43,512 nt of DNA from a virus (IMGVR_UViG_2690315815_000009); one strand, 5' to 3'; positions 19,649-28,142 are shown, numbered from the stretch's first letter. Program-made: numbers and translations. The notes: a model not told the origin generated them from the sequence alone.

Positions 19649-19909
19649 ATGAGAACGCAAAAAATGAACAGAGAAAAAATTGAAGCCTTAATGAGCGTAA
19701 TATTAAAAGAAGCTGACCCAAAAAAGTTTCCTGAGAAGTTATCAGAGGACGCCATCGTATCTTTTTATCGTGCGAACTCCTCTTATCTAAATTGTTCAAC
19801 TTTAAGAGAATGGCTAAGCGGCGAAGCAGAGCCTTCAGATGAGATACTTCAGAAGATTATGGTTCAGAACAACTGGCGCGCAACAAAATGGTCAAATCAG
19901 TTACCTTAA
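19649..19909 (+). CDS. Hypothetical small protein (possible moron between cos and lysis genes)
   Basis: 86-aa ORF on the strand opposite to late transcription, followed by a strong hairpin; no recognisable family. Confidence 0.3.
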   Translation: MRTQKMNREKIEALMSVILKEADPKKFPEKLSEDAIVSFYRANSSYLNCSTLREWLSGEAEPSDEILQKIMVQNNWRATKWSNQLP

Positions 19910-19923
19910 TCTGTTGAATGTGT

Positions 19924-19947
19924 GCCGCCTTAAAACAAAAAGGCGGC
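19924..19947. terminator. Hairpin between convergent genes (8-bp perfect stem GCCGCCTT/AAGGCGGC)
   Basis: Perfect inverted repeat with 8-nt A-rich loop between the 19649..19909 ORF and the lipoprotein gene. Confidence 0.3.
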
Positions 19948-19968
19948 CTCTCGTTAAAGTAAATTACC

Positions 19969-20163
19969 CTATTTTCCACCAAGGCATGAAGCCTCTGCCC
20001 CGGTTGAATCAATACAACCACCGTTCGCAGTAGTAATCTTCGTACCCGGCGCGATCATCACGTGTTTAATACTGCTGCCGTCAGCGCGAGTCGCTTCGGT
20101 GTATGTCGAATGTGTGCAGCCTGCCAGCGTGAAGAACGCGACAGCTAAGAGAAGTTTTTTCAC
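19969..20163 (-). CDS. Small outer-membrane lipoprotein (lysis-associated; o-spanin-like or Cor/Bor-like candidate)
   Basis: 64 aa with lipoprotein signal peptide and lipobox (LAGC); GTG start 7 nt after the endolysin stop. Confidence 0.55.
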   Translation of the reverse strand: MKKLLLAVAFFTLAGCTHSTYTEATRADGSSIKHVMIAPGTKITTANGGCIDSTGAEASCLGGK

Positions 20164-20170
20164 GTTTTAC

Positions 20171-20650
20171 CTACGCTTCTGAGATAGATTTCTCAGCATT
20201 CACCAATGGAAGTGATTGTGGAACATCCGTTTGACCTGCTGGCCAGCGGTAGCCTGTTACGCGGGAACGAGGAAAAGCTTTGATATTTACTTCATCTGCC
20301 TGGTTGCCCCCCAAAATCATTAAATCCCCGGCGGCATTTTTCCCGACAACAAAGCCGACGTGACCACCGCCAGACCGAGACAGAATAGCAATGCATCCAT
20401 AGGCGGGTTCCTTCAGTTCATTACCCCAATCGAGATAAGAATTCGCAGACTCAAAACGCGTTGAGCGAATACCCGCACGTTCCAGCATTGCCCCGGTGAA
20501 AGCAGCGCACCACGGTGTTTCGTCATCCTTAATGCCGCCGCGTTTGATATCTTTCCAGTACTGCACAATTTCTGCAGCATGTTGCTTCCCTTTCATTTCC
20601 CGAATGCCGAGGTTTTTTCGAGCCTCGATTAGCCATTTAGGATCCGTCAT
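20171..20650 (-). CDS. Putative endolysin (Cys/His peptidoglycan hydrolase, TIGR02594-like)
   Basis: 159 aa directly downstream of two holin-like membrane protein genes; conserved Cys and His (PWCAAF, GGHVGFV) as in CHAP/NlpC-like hydrolases. Confidence 0.55.
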   Translation of the reverse strand: MTDPKWLIEARKNLGIREMKGKQHAAEIVQYWKDIKRGGIKDDETPWCAAFTGAMLERAGIRSTRFESANSYLDWGNELKEPAYGCIAILSRSGGGHVGFVVGKNAAGDLMILGGNQADEVNIKAFPRSRVTGYRWPAGQTDVPQSLPLVNAEKSISEA

Positions 20651-20922
20651 TACCTGTCTCCTGTTATTTTTGAAATATTCCCTCGTGCCCGCCAGACAGC
20701 AATACAGATGGTGAGGTTGAGAAAGAACTCTGCGGGATCAACCTGCGTATATTTCCCGTAAAAAATTCGTAGGGCTATCCACGCAGCAGACAGAATCGCG
20801 AGGTAAGCAGTTAGTGAGATGAAAAAACGATAGCGGCCTGTTTTTTGAAAAAACATCAACCGTAGTGCCAACATCAGACAAATAATTGCATTGGCATTGA
20901 TGAGGACAGAGTGCAGGGTCAT
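20650..20922 (-). CDS. Holin or antiholin-like small membrane protein
   Basis: 90 aa with hydrophobic helices and a charged C-terminus; start overlaps the upstream holin stop. Confidence 0.45.
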   Translation of the reverse strand: MTLHSVLINANAIICLMLALRLMFFQKTGRYRFFISLTAYLAILSAAWIALRIFYGKYTQVDPAEFFLNLTICIAVWRARGNISKITGDR

Positions 20923-21305
20923 TATTTCATCCCCTTATCTGATTTCCATAAACGAGCTTGTGACATGATCCGCAACAGTGATGTAACGCTGATTACTGAT
21001 GCAACCAGTGCACCAATGGCGGGAGAGACTTTTACTGTTACGGGAGGGTTCAGGTGACTCAGCACCGCGTTCAGAATACCGGTAATGATGGCTGACGCTG
21101 TCTCAGCGCAATACACACCGCCAACAAACGAAATGAGTGCGAAAATAACCTGCTTCCAGAATCGATGCTGCCCGGACGACAACACATAGAGAGCTGCGCC
21201 TGCCAGCGCACAGATCATCACTGCAGGTGTTGCCTCAGGAAATAACGCAGCAAACGTCACCCCCGCCGAGCCAGCAGCAACGCCAGCGGTTAGAGGTTCA
21301 GACAT
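20922..21305 (-). CDS. Putative holin
   Basis: Membrane protein with about 3 TM segments. I place the start at ATG 21305 (AGGA 7 nt upstream) rather than at 21386 in the ORF track, because the terminator hairpin lies inside the longer version. Confidence 0.5.
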   Translation of the reverse strand: MSEPLTAGVAAGSAGVTFAALFPEATPAVMICALAGAALYVLSSGQHRFWKQVIFALISFVGGVYCAETASAIITGILNAVLSHLNPPVTVKVSPAIGALVASVISVTSLLRIMSQARLWKSDKGMK

Positions 21306-21319
21306 GATTTTTCCTGATT

Positions 21320-21349
21320 CAGAAACGACAAAACCCCGCCGTGGCGAGG
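21320..21349 (-). terminator. Rho-independent terminator downstream of the Q-like gene (tR'-like)
   Basis: Minus-strand RNA CCUCGC-CACG-GCGGGG (6-bp stem with G-U, tetraloop) followed by UUUUGUCGUUUCUG; the plus-strand equivalent would have a C-A mismatch. Confidence 0.4.
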
Positions 21350-21417
21350 TTCTTAGAAATTTGGCAACATACCAAATTAGCGTCAAATATGGCCTATTTT
21401 GTTCGTTTTTGCAAGCA

Positions 21418-22089
21418 TTATACGCAAACGTCGTCTAAATGGTTCTGATAATGATGCAAAGTTGCAAGAAGTGCCACTTCATCAAGTGCTCTCACCGCCT
21501 CTTTCATTCCTACCCAGTGCAGGGAGTATGTTTCGCACCAGGTGGAACGAGAAACCGACAGCATTCCTGCTAGGGTAGATCCGGCCATCTCCTTAAAATC
21601 CTCGCGTTTATTTGCTGCTGCGACCGCCTGCACGGACAACCACACCAACGAAAGCAGGCGCTTAACTACTTTTCTCTGAGTTGACGCGGGGATGTTTCCT
21701 TTATAGCGACTCCAGACAGCCTCACAAATAGCTGTTTGGTGTTTGAATGCCAGGTTACCACCGTAGCAATAACGCAACCACGCTTGCTGACTTGCATCCA
21801 GCGAGTTCACAGAACGCCGCCAGGATGAATCAGCAAATTCAAAATCACTCATCGGCGGCGCGGGGCGACGTCTGCTGAAACTTTCCAGAGCGTAAACTGG
21901 CGTAACCAGAGCATCAACGGTCCGGTCCTCCAGCTGCACACGGTGAATATGTTTGCGTGGGTATGCGTTTTTGTCTGCCGGTGGGTGCTCACACAATGCT
22001 TCCAGTTGCCCCTTAGAACCACCAGACAAATCCCGCAATGCAGCGCGCAGTTTTATGCGGGTATATTCCAATAAATACTCGTTACTCAT
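21418..22089 (-). CDS. Putative late antiterminator (Q-like)
   Basis: 223 aa immediately upstream of a terminator and the lysis cassette and downstream of nin-type genes; assignment is mainly positional. Confidence 0.45.
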   Translation of the reverse strand: MSNEYLLEYTRIKLRAALRDLSGGSKGQLEALCEHPPADKNAYPRKHIHRVQLEDRTVDALVTPVYALESFSRRRPAPPMSDFEFADSSWRRSVNSLDASQQAWLRYCYGGNLAFKHQTAICEAVWSRYKGNIPASTQRKVVKRLLSLVWLSVQAVAAANKREDFKEMAGSTLAGMLSVSRSTWCETYSLHWVGMKEAVRALDEVALLATLHHYQNHLDDVCV

Positions 22090-22382
22090 CAGATAAACTC
22101 CTCATCGCGCCAGATAGCCAGTGTTCTGAAAACTCCCTCAGCGTGCATCAACAACAATGAGTCGTGCTCGTAATCCGTTTTTGTACGTCCGTCGATGGCA
22201 TCGTGACACGCACTGCAGGCGATAGCGCCCTGCATATCGTGAGGTTTGATGGCTGTGCCGCACGTTCCGGCGAGACGATAATGAGCCAGTACGCTGGTTT
22301 CAGGATTGTGATTGCACACACCGGGGATACGCACAGTACAAGCGCGACTGCGTGCAGCTTTTCTCAGGTCGATTTTTTTCAT
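22089..22382 (-). CDS. YbcO-like protein (DUF1364; putative nuclease of lambdoid nin regions)
   Basis: 97 aa; close similarity to E. coli DLP12 YbcO as I recall it (LRKAAR.R.C.VRIPGVCN.NPETSVLAH.RL.G.CGT..KP.D...IACSACHD.ID.RT). Confidence 0.75.
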   Translation of the reverse strand: MKKIDLRKAARSRACTVRIPGVCNHNPETSVLAHYRLAGTCGTAIKPHDMQGAIACSACHDAIDGRTKTDYEHDSLLLMHAEGVFRTLAIWRDEEFI

Positions 22383-22975
22383 GATGTGTAATCCAGCAGC
22401 TGCGCGGCGGCATTTTCAGCGGCCTCCTGAGAGGCAAATGTGCGGAACAAAATATAATTCCACAGCACATCTAAAACGGCTGAATACAGTTGACCGAACT
22501 CAAGATCGTCCATCGCTGCAAACGAGATTGAACGAGGTACGCGCATCAAACTGCCGTCTGGCATCTGATGAACGTCATAAAACCCAGCTTCCATAATCGC
22601 CCATGCGCGAAACGCCTCGAACGACTTCACCGCACTGATACTCCCCGCGCGCTTTTCCGACTCATCGAGAAGATACTGATCAGCCAGCTCTGCCATGACA
22701 TCACCGTGTCCACCGTAATACGCCAGTAACTTAACGTAGCCGTGAACCAGTTCGCGCTCCGCAGGAGAAATAGCCCCTCCGGACGGATGCCAGTAATCAA
22801 AGCCCAGGTTGAGAAGTGAGAAAAATTTACGATGAAACGCGGGATTACGCGCCTGTTTGAAATCTGCATACACAACAGCACCTGGTTTGACTCGTTCAGT
22901 CAACCAGCGTTGCGTGTCTGGTGTCGCGGGTATTAGCGAACCGCCGGATACCCTGATAAATGAATGCTGCGCCAT
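22379..22975 (-). CDS. Phage nin-region protein (DUF1367-like)
   Basis: 198 aa upstream of the YbcO-like gene with overlapping stop/start; tentative family assignment. Confidence 0.45.
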   Translation of the reverse strand: MAQHSFIRVSGGSLIPATPDTQRWLTERVKPGAVVYADFKQARNPAFHRKFFSLLNLGFDYWHPSGGAISPAERELVHGYVKLLAYYGGHGDVMAELADQYLLDESEKRAGSISAVKSFEAFRAWAIMEAGFYDVHQMPDGSLMRVPRSISFAAMDDLEFGQLYSAVLDVLWNYILFRTFASQEAAENAAAQLLDYTS

Positions 22976-23052
22976 GGTTAACTCCAGGTGGCGCGGCAGT
23001 GTTCAGAAAATGATGCCGGGTGTTCAATCCAGCACCGATATTATACCGTGTT

Positions 23053-23232
23053 TTACGCGTCAGGGGGTGTAATAGTATATCCAGCTATTTCTGCCAACTC
23101 GAGAAACGCCATCAGGCTGGCAATCCGCTCATCATCGGTCAGAACACGCACACCAACGATGTGTCCGTCCTTACGCTTGATAACAGCCCGGCATGTTTCC
23201 GGTAGTTCGCCTATAGATTCTTGAATATTCAT
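23053..23232 (-). CDS. Hypothetical small protein whose start abuts the IS left end
   Basis: ORF with ATG at 23232 (MNIQESIGELPETCRAVIKRKDG...) and a G-rich SD; the IS inverted repeat begins about 12 nt upstream. Confidence 0.3.
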   Translation of the reverse strand: MNIQESIGELPETCRAVIKRKDGHIVGVRVLTDDERIASLMAFLELAEIAGYTITPPDA

Positions 23233-23243
23233 GTCTTCCCCCC

Positions 23244-23290
23244 AATGCCACAACCTGTATATTTATGGGTCTTCCCCTGTTGTGGTGGGT
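23244..23290. repeat. IS left terminal inverted repeat
   Basis: Matches the reverse complement of 25131-25177 with a 3-bp indel and a few mismatches. Confidence 0.6.
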
Positions 23291-23365
23291 GGTACATAAT
23301 TGAGCGATTTTCAAACACCACACAGTACCTTTATGGTGTCTCTTTTTACATGAGAGGGAATTCTT

Positions 23366-23884
23366 ATGAGTGTGCCGCAAACAAAAGCTGAACTGCTTTT
23401 AGCTATTGATAAAAATTTTAGTAAATTAATTAGTTACCTCAACACAATCCCACCAGAAATTACTTCAGATAAATCAATGGACGGACACGCCAAAGGAACG
23501 GAGATGAGTGTTCGTGATCTCGTTTCGTATCTGCTTGGATGGAATGCTCTTGTTGTAAAGTGGATCGCTTCTGATGCTAAAGGTCTGCCTGTCGATTTTC
23601 CGGAAACTGGCTATAAATGGAATCAGCTTGGCCTTCTTGCTCAAAAATTTTACTCAGATTACAGTGAGTTAAGTTATGAGTTGTTAGTAGCTGAACTTCA
23701 GACTGTAAAAAATGAGATTGTGAACCTTATTAATGATCGTACCGATGATATTTTGTATGGAAGACCATGGTACACAAAATGGACGATGGGGAGAATGATC
23801 TCATTTAACACATCTTCGCCTTACGCCAACGCTAATGGAAGATTAAGAAAGTGGGCAAAAAATAATAATATCAGTTTAAAGTAA
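23366..23884 (+). CDS. ClbS/DfsB-family protein (DUF1706), passenger gene of the IS
   Basis: 172 aa; pattern GHAKGT..SV.DLVSYLLGW ... YGRPWYTKWTMGRMISFNTSSPYANANGRLRKW resembles the colibactin self-resistance protein ClbS family; GAGGGAA SD upstream. Confidence 0.7.
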   Translation: MSVPQTKAELLLAIDKNFSKLISYLNTIPPEITSDKSMDGHAKGTEMSVRDLVSYLLGWNALVVKWIASDAKGLPVDFPETGYKWNQLGLLAQKFYSDYSELSYELLVAELQTVKNEIVNLINDRTDDILYGRPWYTKWTMGRMISFNTSSPYANANGRLRKWAKNNNISLK

Positions 23885-23902
23885 GCTTCAGAATGAAATT
23901 AT

Positions 23903-25123
23903 ATGGACGAAAAATCCCTCTATGCCCATATCCTTAACCTGACTGCACCATGGCAGGTTAAATCCCTTACCCTCGATGAAAATGCAGGTTCCGTTACTGT
24001 TACAGTCGGAATTGCTGAAAATACTCAGTTAACCTGTCCGACCTGCAGGAAATCCTGTTCTGTTCACGATCACCGACATCGTAAATGGCGCCACCTTGAT
24101 ACCTGCCAGTTCATGACATTAGTAGAAGCCGATGTTCCCCGCGTTATGTGCCCGGAGCATGGCTGCCAGACTCTGCCTGTACCGTGGGCAGGTTCCGGCA
24201 GTCGGTACACTCTGCTGTTCGAATCGTTCGTGCTCTCATGGCTTAAAATCAGCACCGTTGATGCGGTCAGAAAACAACTTAAACTTAGCTGGAATGCCGT
24301 TGACGGCATCATGACCCGCGCGGTTAAGCGAGGCCTGTCGCGGATTAAAAAGCCTTTATCAGTGCGTCATATGAATGTAGACGAAGTCGCCTTTAAAAAA
24401 GGGCATAGGTATATAACCGTGGTATCTGATCGCGACGGGCGGGCACTGGCATTAACCGATGATCGTGGCACAGAGAGTCTTGCCAGCTATCTCCGTTCGC
24501 TTACTGACAGTCAGTTGTTGGCCATCAAAACACTGTCGATGGACATGAATGCGGGCTATATAAGAGCAGCGCGTATCCATTTACCCAATGCGGTCGAGAA
24601 AATCGCCTTCGATCGCTTCCATGTGGCGAAGCAACTGGGCGAAGTGGTTGATAAAACCCGCCAGAATGAACATCCGCACCTCCCTGTTGAAAGTCGTCGT
24701 CAGGCCAAAGGTACCCGCTTCCTGTGGCAGTACAGCGACAAATGGATGACTGAGTCCCGGCAGGAAAAGCTGATGTGGTTGCGGGAACAGATGCAACAGA
24801 CAAGCCAGTGCTGGACACTGAAAGAGCTGGCAAAAAATATCTGGGATCGCCCCTGGAGCACAGAACGCAGGAATGACTGGTTGCAGTGGATATCGCTGGC
24901 GTCTGAATGTGATGTGCCGATGATGAAAAACGCAGCGAAAACCATTAAAAAACGGTTATACGGAATACTGAATGCAATGCGTCATCGCGTCTCGAATGGA
25001 AATGCGGAGGCGCTGAACAGCAAGATCAGACTGCTGAGGATAAAGGCCAGGGGATACCGAAACCGGGAACGCTTTAAACTGGGAGTTATGTTCCACTATG
25101 GGAAACTGAATATGGCGTACTGA
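23903..25123 (+). CDS. ISL3-family transposase
   Basis: 406 aa; N-terminal Cys/His zinc-finger-like region (CPTCRKSCSVHDHRHRKWRHLD...CPEHGC) and C-terminal NAEALNSKIRLLRIKARGYRNRERFK typical of ISL3 transposases. Confidence 0.85.
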   Translation: MDEKSLYAHILNLTAPWQVKSLTLDENAGSVTVTVGIAENTQLTCPTCRKSCSVHDHRHRKWRHLDTCQFMTLVEADVPRVMCPEHGCQTLPVPWAGSGSRYTLLFESFVLSWLKISTVDAVRKQLKLSWNAVDGIMTRAVKRGLSRIKKPLSVRHMNVDEVAFKKGHRYITVVSDRDGRALALTDDRGTESLASYLRSLTDSQLLAIKTLSMDMNAGYIRAARIHLPNAVEKIAFDRFHVAKQLGEVVDKTRQNEHPHLPVESRRQAKGTRFLWQYSDKWMTESRQEKLMWLREQMQQTSQCWTLKELAKNIWDRPWSTERRNDWLQWISLASECDVPMMKNAAKTIKKRLYGILNAMRHRVSNGNAEALNSKIRLLRIKARGYRNRERFKLGVMFHYGKLNMAY

Positions 25124-25130
25124 GTCTTCC

Positions 25131-25177
25131 CACCATGATCGGGGAAGACCCATATTTATACAGTATTTTATGGCATT
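25131..25177. repeat. IS right terminal inverted repeat
   Basis: Reverse complement matches 23244-23290; begins 8 nt after the transposase stop codon. Confidence 0.6.
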
Positions 25178-25276
25178 TGTCATAACGCCAAATACAATGA
25201 GGGAATAATGAACAATTATATTCACGTCGTGAATTTTATTAAACGGTTTTATAGGGGATTAAACCGTTTATGGTCA

Positions 25277-25918
25277 TTATTTATCACTCCTGTAAATTGG
25301 AATTAACCATTTTCTAATCGTCGACGCTGCAGGTGGGTCAGAGTATTTCGCCACAAAAATACCGGATATGTATTGCACGCCACGCGATAATGGCGCTGTC
25401 GGGTTTTCAGTAAAAAAACGATCAGCCAGTTCAATGGCTTCGCTTTTTAATCTGTGCTGTGGTCGTCCTCCGCCCTTTGTTCCCAGGTATCGCGCCAGTT
25501 GTTTGAAACGGTAGGCGATGATTAACGGTCGCATCATCATATTGAAAAAATCGCGGGCATCGTTGTCAGCGCCTTGCGCTATCAACAGTGCAAAAAACAG
25601 ATACGGGATTATGTACACTTCAGGAGATATACGAACCCGTTCACAAGTTGGTGGAGCCAACTCAATAAGTAAGTCAGCCAGCGGATTCCCCTTTTCTCCA
25701 CGTTTGTAATAGCGATACAGCGGCCCGATATCAAGTTCACTCACGTCGATTTCAGGATGCCCGGCAACGACTGTACGTATCTCTTCTGCCAGAGCGTCAA
25801 ATATTGCCCCGGTCCGTTCAAGATAGAGCCTCCGGGTCGAACCGCGATCATCCAACGCCCGTAACATATCTAACCGGCTAACGAAAGTTTCAGGCCAGTC
25901 CTCATAGAAGGTTTTCAT
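25277..25918 (-). CDS. Hypothetical protein (accessory gene next to the IS)
   Basis: 213 aa from ATG 25918 (GAGGT SD 4 nt upstream); the ORF track extends to 25954. No family recognised. Confidence 0.4.
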   Translation of the reverse strand: MKTFYEDWPETFVSRLDMLRALDDRGSTRRLYLERTGAIFDALAEEIRTVVAGHPEIDVSELDIGPLYRYYKRGEKGNPLADLLIELAPPTCERVRISPEVYIIPYLFFALLIAQGADNDARDFFNMMMRPLIIAYRFKQLARYLGTKGGGRPQHRLKSEAIELADRFFTENPTAPLSRGVQYISGIFVAKYSDPPAASTIRKWLIPIYRSDK

Positions 25919-26161
25919 AATTACCTCGAATAATAAAAACTGCACTATTTGCACAATTTATTATTCGTTTTCACGCCGCTGAGTTCTATAAAAAAGAAAA
26001 AACCTCCGAGGCAGGGTTTTGTTATGGCTCGTTAAATCATCATCCAACTTTTTAGACTGAACGGTGATACTTGCAAATATTTGAAAATATGGGCTGGAAC
26101 CCTATCTTATGATGTGCCTGGTAATTTATATTGTTGGGTCTTTATATCATGAGGAATCACT

Positions 26162-26395
26162 ATGGGTACGTTAGGCAACCAGCCGTGCAGAAGTCGTTAT
26201 GAGTTCGATGATTTTAATTTAGCCAATCGAGCTGCGGCTCTTACTAAGTTAGCAAAAGAAACTGGTGTATCGGTGGATACCTTAATCAAACTTGAAATTG
26301 CTATGCAACTGAATCGGCTCAACTCCATCCTTATCGAAAACGGTGACAAGATGGACGAGAATCTGGCAGGTATTGGCGAGATACTGCAGAAGTGA
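26162..26395 (+). CDS. Hypothetical small protein
   Basis: 77 aa with GAGGAA SD; followed by a terminator-like hairpin. Confidence 0.35.
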   Translation: MGTLGNQPCRSRYEFDDFNLANRAAALTKLAKETGVSVDTLIKLEIAMQLNRLNSILIENGDKMDENLAGIGEILQK

Positions 26396-26400
26396 GAGTA

Positions 26401-26420
26401 GCCCCTCTTCTGAGGGGTTG
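26401..26420 (+). terminator. Terminator-like hairpin after the 26162..26395 ORF
   Basis: GCCCCTC-TTCT-GAGGGG stem-loop followed by a short T-containing tract. Confidence 0.35.
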
Positions 26421-26694
26421 CACATTTAAAATATTAAGGGCGGTCTTCTTCACGTACACAGTCACCTGGTCGAATCGTTCACGCATACTGAGTACAAAAA
26501 ATCTCAACGATAAGATCAGGTTAGACCTGTATTTTCCAGAAACATATAGACGCCTAAAAAAACACTAAACTCATGATTATCATGTATGTTTTTACTGGAA
26601 ACATTGAACCATCCACAATACAGCGTAAAAAGCAAGCAATTCACAAGATTTTAAAGTGATTTATCTGGAAGACTTTACTACTAACAGTTAATAT

Positions 26695-26738
26695 CGTACC
26701 AGAAGTGCAGAATTTGCACTTTTACAGGAATGTGGTAC
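26695..26738. promoter_or_regulatory. Nested palindrome upstream of the ImmA/IrrE operon (candidate operator)
   Basis: AGTGCA-GAATT-TGCACT perfect inverted repeat (26704-26720) nested within GTACC...GGTAC, about 75 nt upstream of the start codon. Confidence 0.3.
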
Positions 26739-26793
26739 GGAACATGCTGTCTATATTTCAACCAATAATCGTAATGCAGTAACTGGAGGAGCT

Positions 26794-27282
26794 ATGGCTA
26801 CCAACCCAAGAGAGCACGCCCGGCGAGTGCTGGACACGTTCTGGTGCGGGCGTGGTTTCCCTGTTGATCCAGCGAAAATTGCTCACGACATGGGATTAGA
26901 TGTTTTTATTACCGATCTTCCTGGGAAAGTTTCTGGCGCACTGATTAAACAAAAAGATCAAGATCCAGCGATCTTTCTAAACAGTGATGACAACAAAGTT
27001 CGTCAACGTTTTTCATGTGGGCATGAGTTGGGGCATTACATCGCCCGGCAAGCATCGCATAGCGATGAATATGAGTACGTTGATTTACGTGGCGAAACCG
27101 CAAGCGCCGGAACGCATCCTGATGAAATTTTTGCAAACAAGTTCGCAGCAGAACTTCTGATGCCGGTAGATGAGGTCAGAAAACTGCACGCTGACGGTCA
27201 ACCAAGTTATATAATGGCGCATTATTTTGGCGTATCTGACGATGCGATGACTTATCGTTTAAAGAACTTGAGGTTGGGGTAA
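26794..27282 (+). CDS. ImmA/IrrE-family metallo-endopeptidase (COG2856)
   Basis: 162 aa with HEXXH motif (CGHELGHYI) and downstream FANKFAAELLMP, characteristic of ImmA/IrrE; strong GGAGGA SD. Confidence 0.8.
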   Translation: MATNPREHARRVLDTFWCGRGFPVDPAKIAHDMGLDVFITDLPGKVSGALIKQKDQDPAIFLNSDDNKVRQRFSCGHELGHYIARQASHSDEYEYVDLRGETASAGTHPDEIFANKFAAELLMPVDEVRKLHADGQPSYIMAHYFGVSDDAMTYRLKNLRLG

Positions 27283-27291
27283 CGCTTTAAA

Positions 27292-27897
27292 ATGCCATCG
27301 GATGACGATTTTAACAGCCGTTTCAAACAGGAAGTAGCACGCAGACTGAAGGATTCCCTCAACCTACACCGTCAGTTAGCAGAAGAGGTTGAGCCGGAGG
27401 ACGATGAAACTCCGGTTCAGTCTCCTGACGAAGCTTCACCTCAGCCAAAGGTTTCGCACGCCCCCAAAAAAACGGCTGTCCGTATTCGCGGAATAGCCAG
27501 AAAAAGAGCTGCCGAAGCTCGCAAAATGGCTGTAGCTGCGTCTAGCAAAAGAATTCCAACTGCTACACCCTCTCAACAAGTCACCCGTACTGAGAGTAAA
27601 ATCTTGACCGAGTTCACATCTGTGAAACAGGTGAATTCACTTGATACCGAGCATGAGCGCAAACAACTCAACAACAAAGATTTTGAAGCAGAAATCGCTC
27701 TAAAAAAACGATACGGGAAATGGTTCCTGATTATCCTTGCTTTCCAACTTCTGATAATGAATGGTGTATTTATTGCCGACGGCGCAGGTAAGCTGGAATT
27801 TGAGGATTTAACACTACAGTTGTACATGGGCGGTACTTTGACAGAGGTATTCGGCCTCGTGCTGGTCGTGACAAAATACCTTTTTAAACGCAAGTAA
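27292..27897 (+). CDS. Membrane-anchored protein of unknown function, co-transcribed with the ImmA/IrrE peptidase
   Basis: 201 aa; basic, probably disordered N-terminal two-thirds, then two C-terminal hydrophobic helices (WFLIILAFQLLIMNGVFIA, TLTEVFGLVLVVTKYLF); starts 10 nt after the ImmA stop. Confidence 0.55.
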   Translation: MPSDDDFNSRFKQEVARRLKDSLNLHRQLAEEVEPEDDETPVQSPDEASPQPKVSHAPKKTAVRIRGIARKRAAEARKMAVAASSKRIPTATPSQQVTRTESKILTEFTSVKQVNSLDTEHERKQLNNKDFEAEIALKKRYGKWFLIILAFQLLIMNGVFIADGAGKLEFEDLTLQLYMGGTLTEVFGLVLVVTKYLFKRK

Positions 27898-27921
27898 CTC
27901 TCTCGGTCCAACAGTCTTTCG

Positions 27922-27943
27922 AAGGCCCTGATCAAAGGGCCTT
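27922..27943 (+). terminator. Terminator-like hairpin after the ImmA/membrane-protein operon
   Basis: AAGGCCCT-GATCA-AGGGCCTT (8-bp stem) 25 nt after the stop codon. Confidence 0.4.
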
Positions 27944-28142
27944 GATAAATTAGCAGTGCGTTGAAAACAGATAGTTATTCCCATCAGTTCCAACGTAATA
28001 CACATCAAAAAAATCACCATTCTTTTGCTCTAACGTCAACACCTACCCTTAAAAAAATAATTCTCCAAGAATGAGAAAGTTATTGTGTGTATTAGATAAG
28101 ATATGAGCTGACACATCTATGGCGTGGAGCCAAATTTAATAT

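Larger units (their letters stand above)
23244..25177 (+). mobile_element. ISL3-family insertion sequence carrying a passenger gene (about 1.93 kb)
   Basis: Imperfect terminal inverted repeats of about 47 bp (left AATGCCACAACCTGTATATTTATGGGTCTTCCCC..., right ...GGGGAAGACCCATATTTATACAGTATTTTATGGCATT) bracket the ClbS-like gene and an ISL3-type transposase gene. Confidence 0.65.

Noticed and set aside
24070-25225. Minus-strand ORFs inside the transposase gene and a plus ORF 24132..24314
   Set aside because: Embedded in the well-supported ISL3 transposase reading frame; no independent start signals.
26420-26793. LexA (SOS) box upstream of the ImmA/IrrE operon
   Set aside because: No CTGT-N8-ACAG match in the region; the only clear symmetry is the AGTGCA-N5-TGCACT palindrome, which does not fit the LexA consensus.
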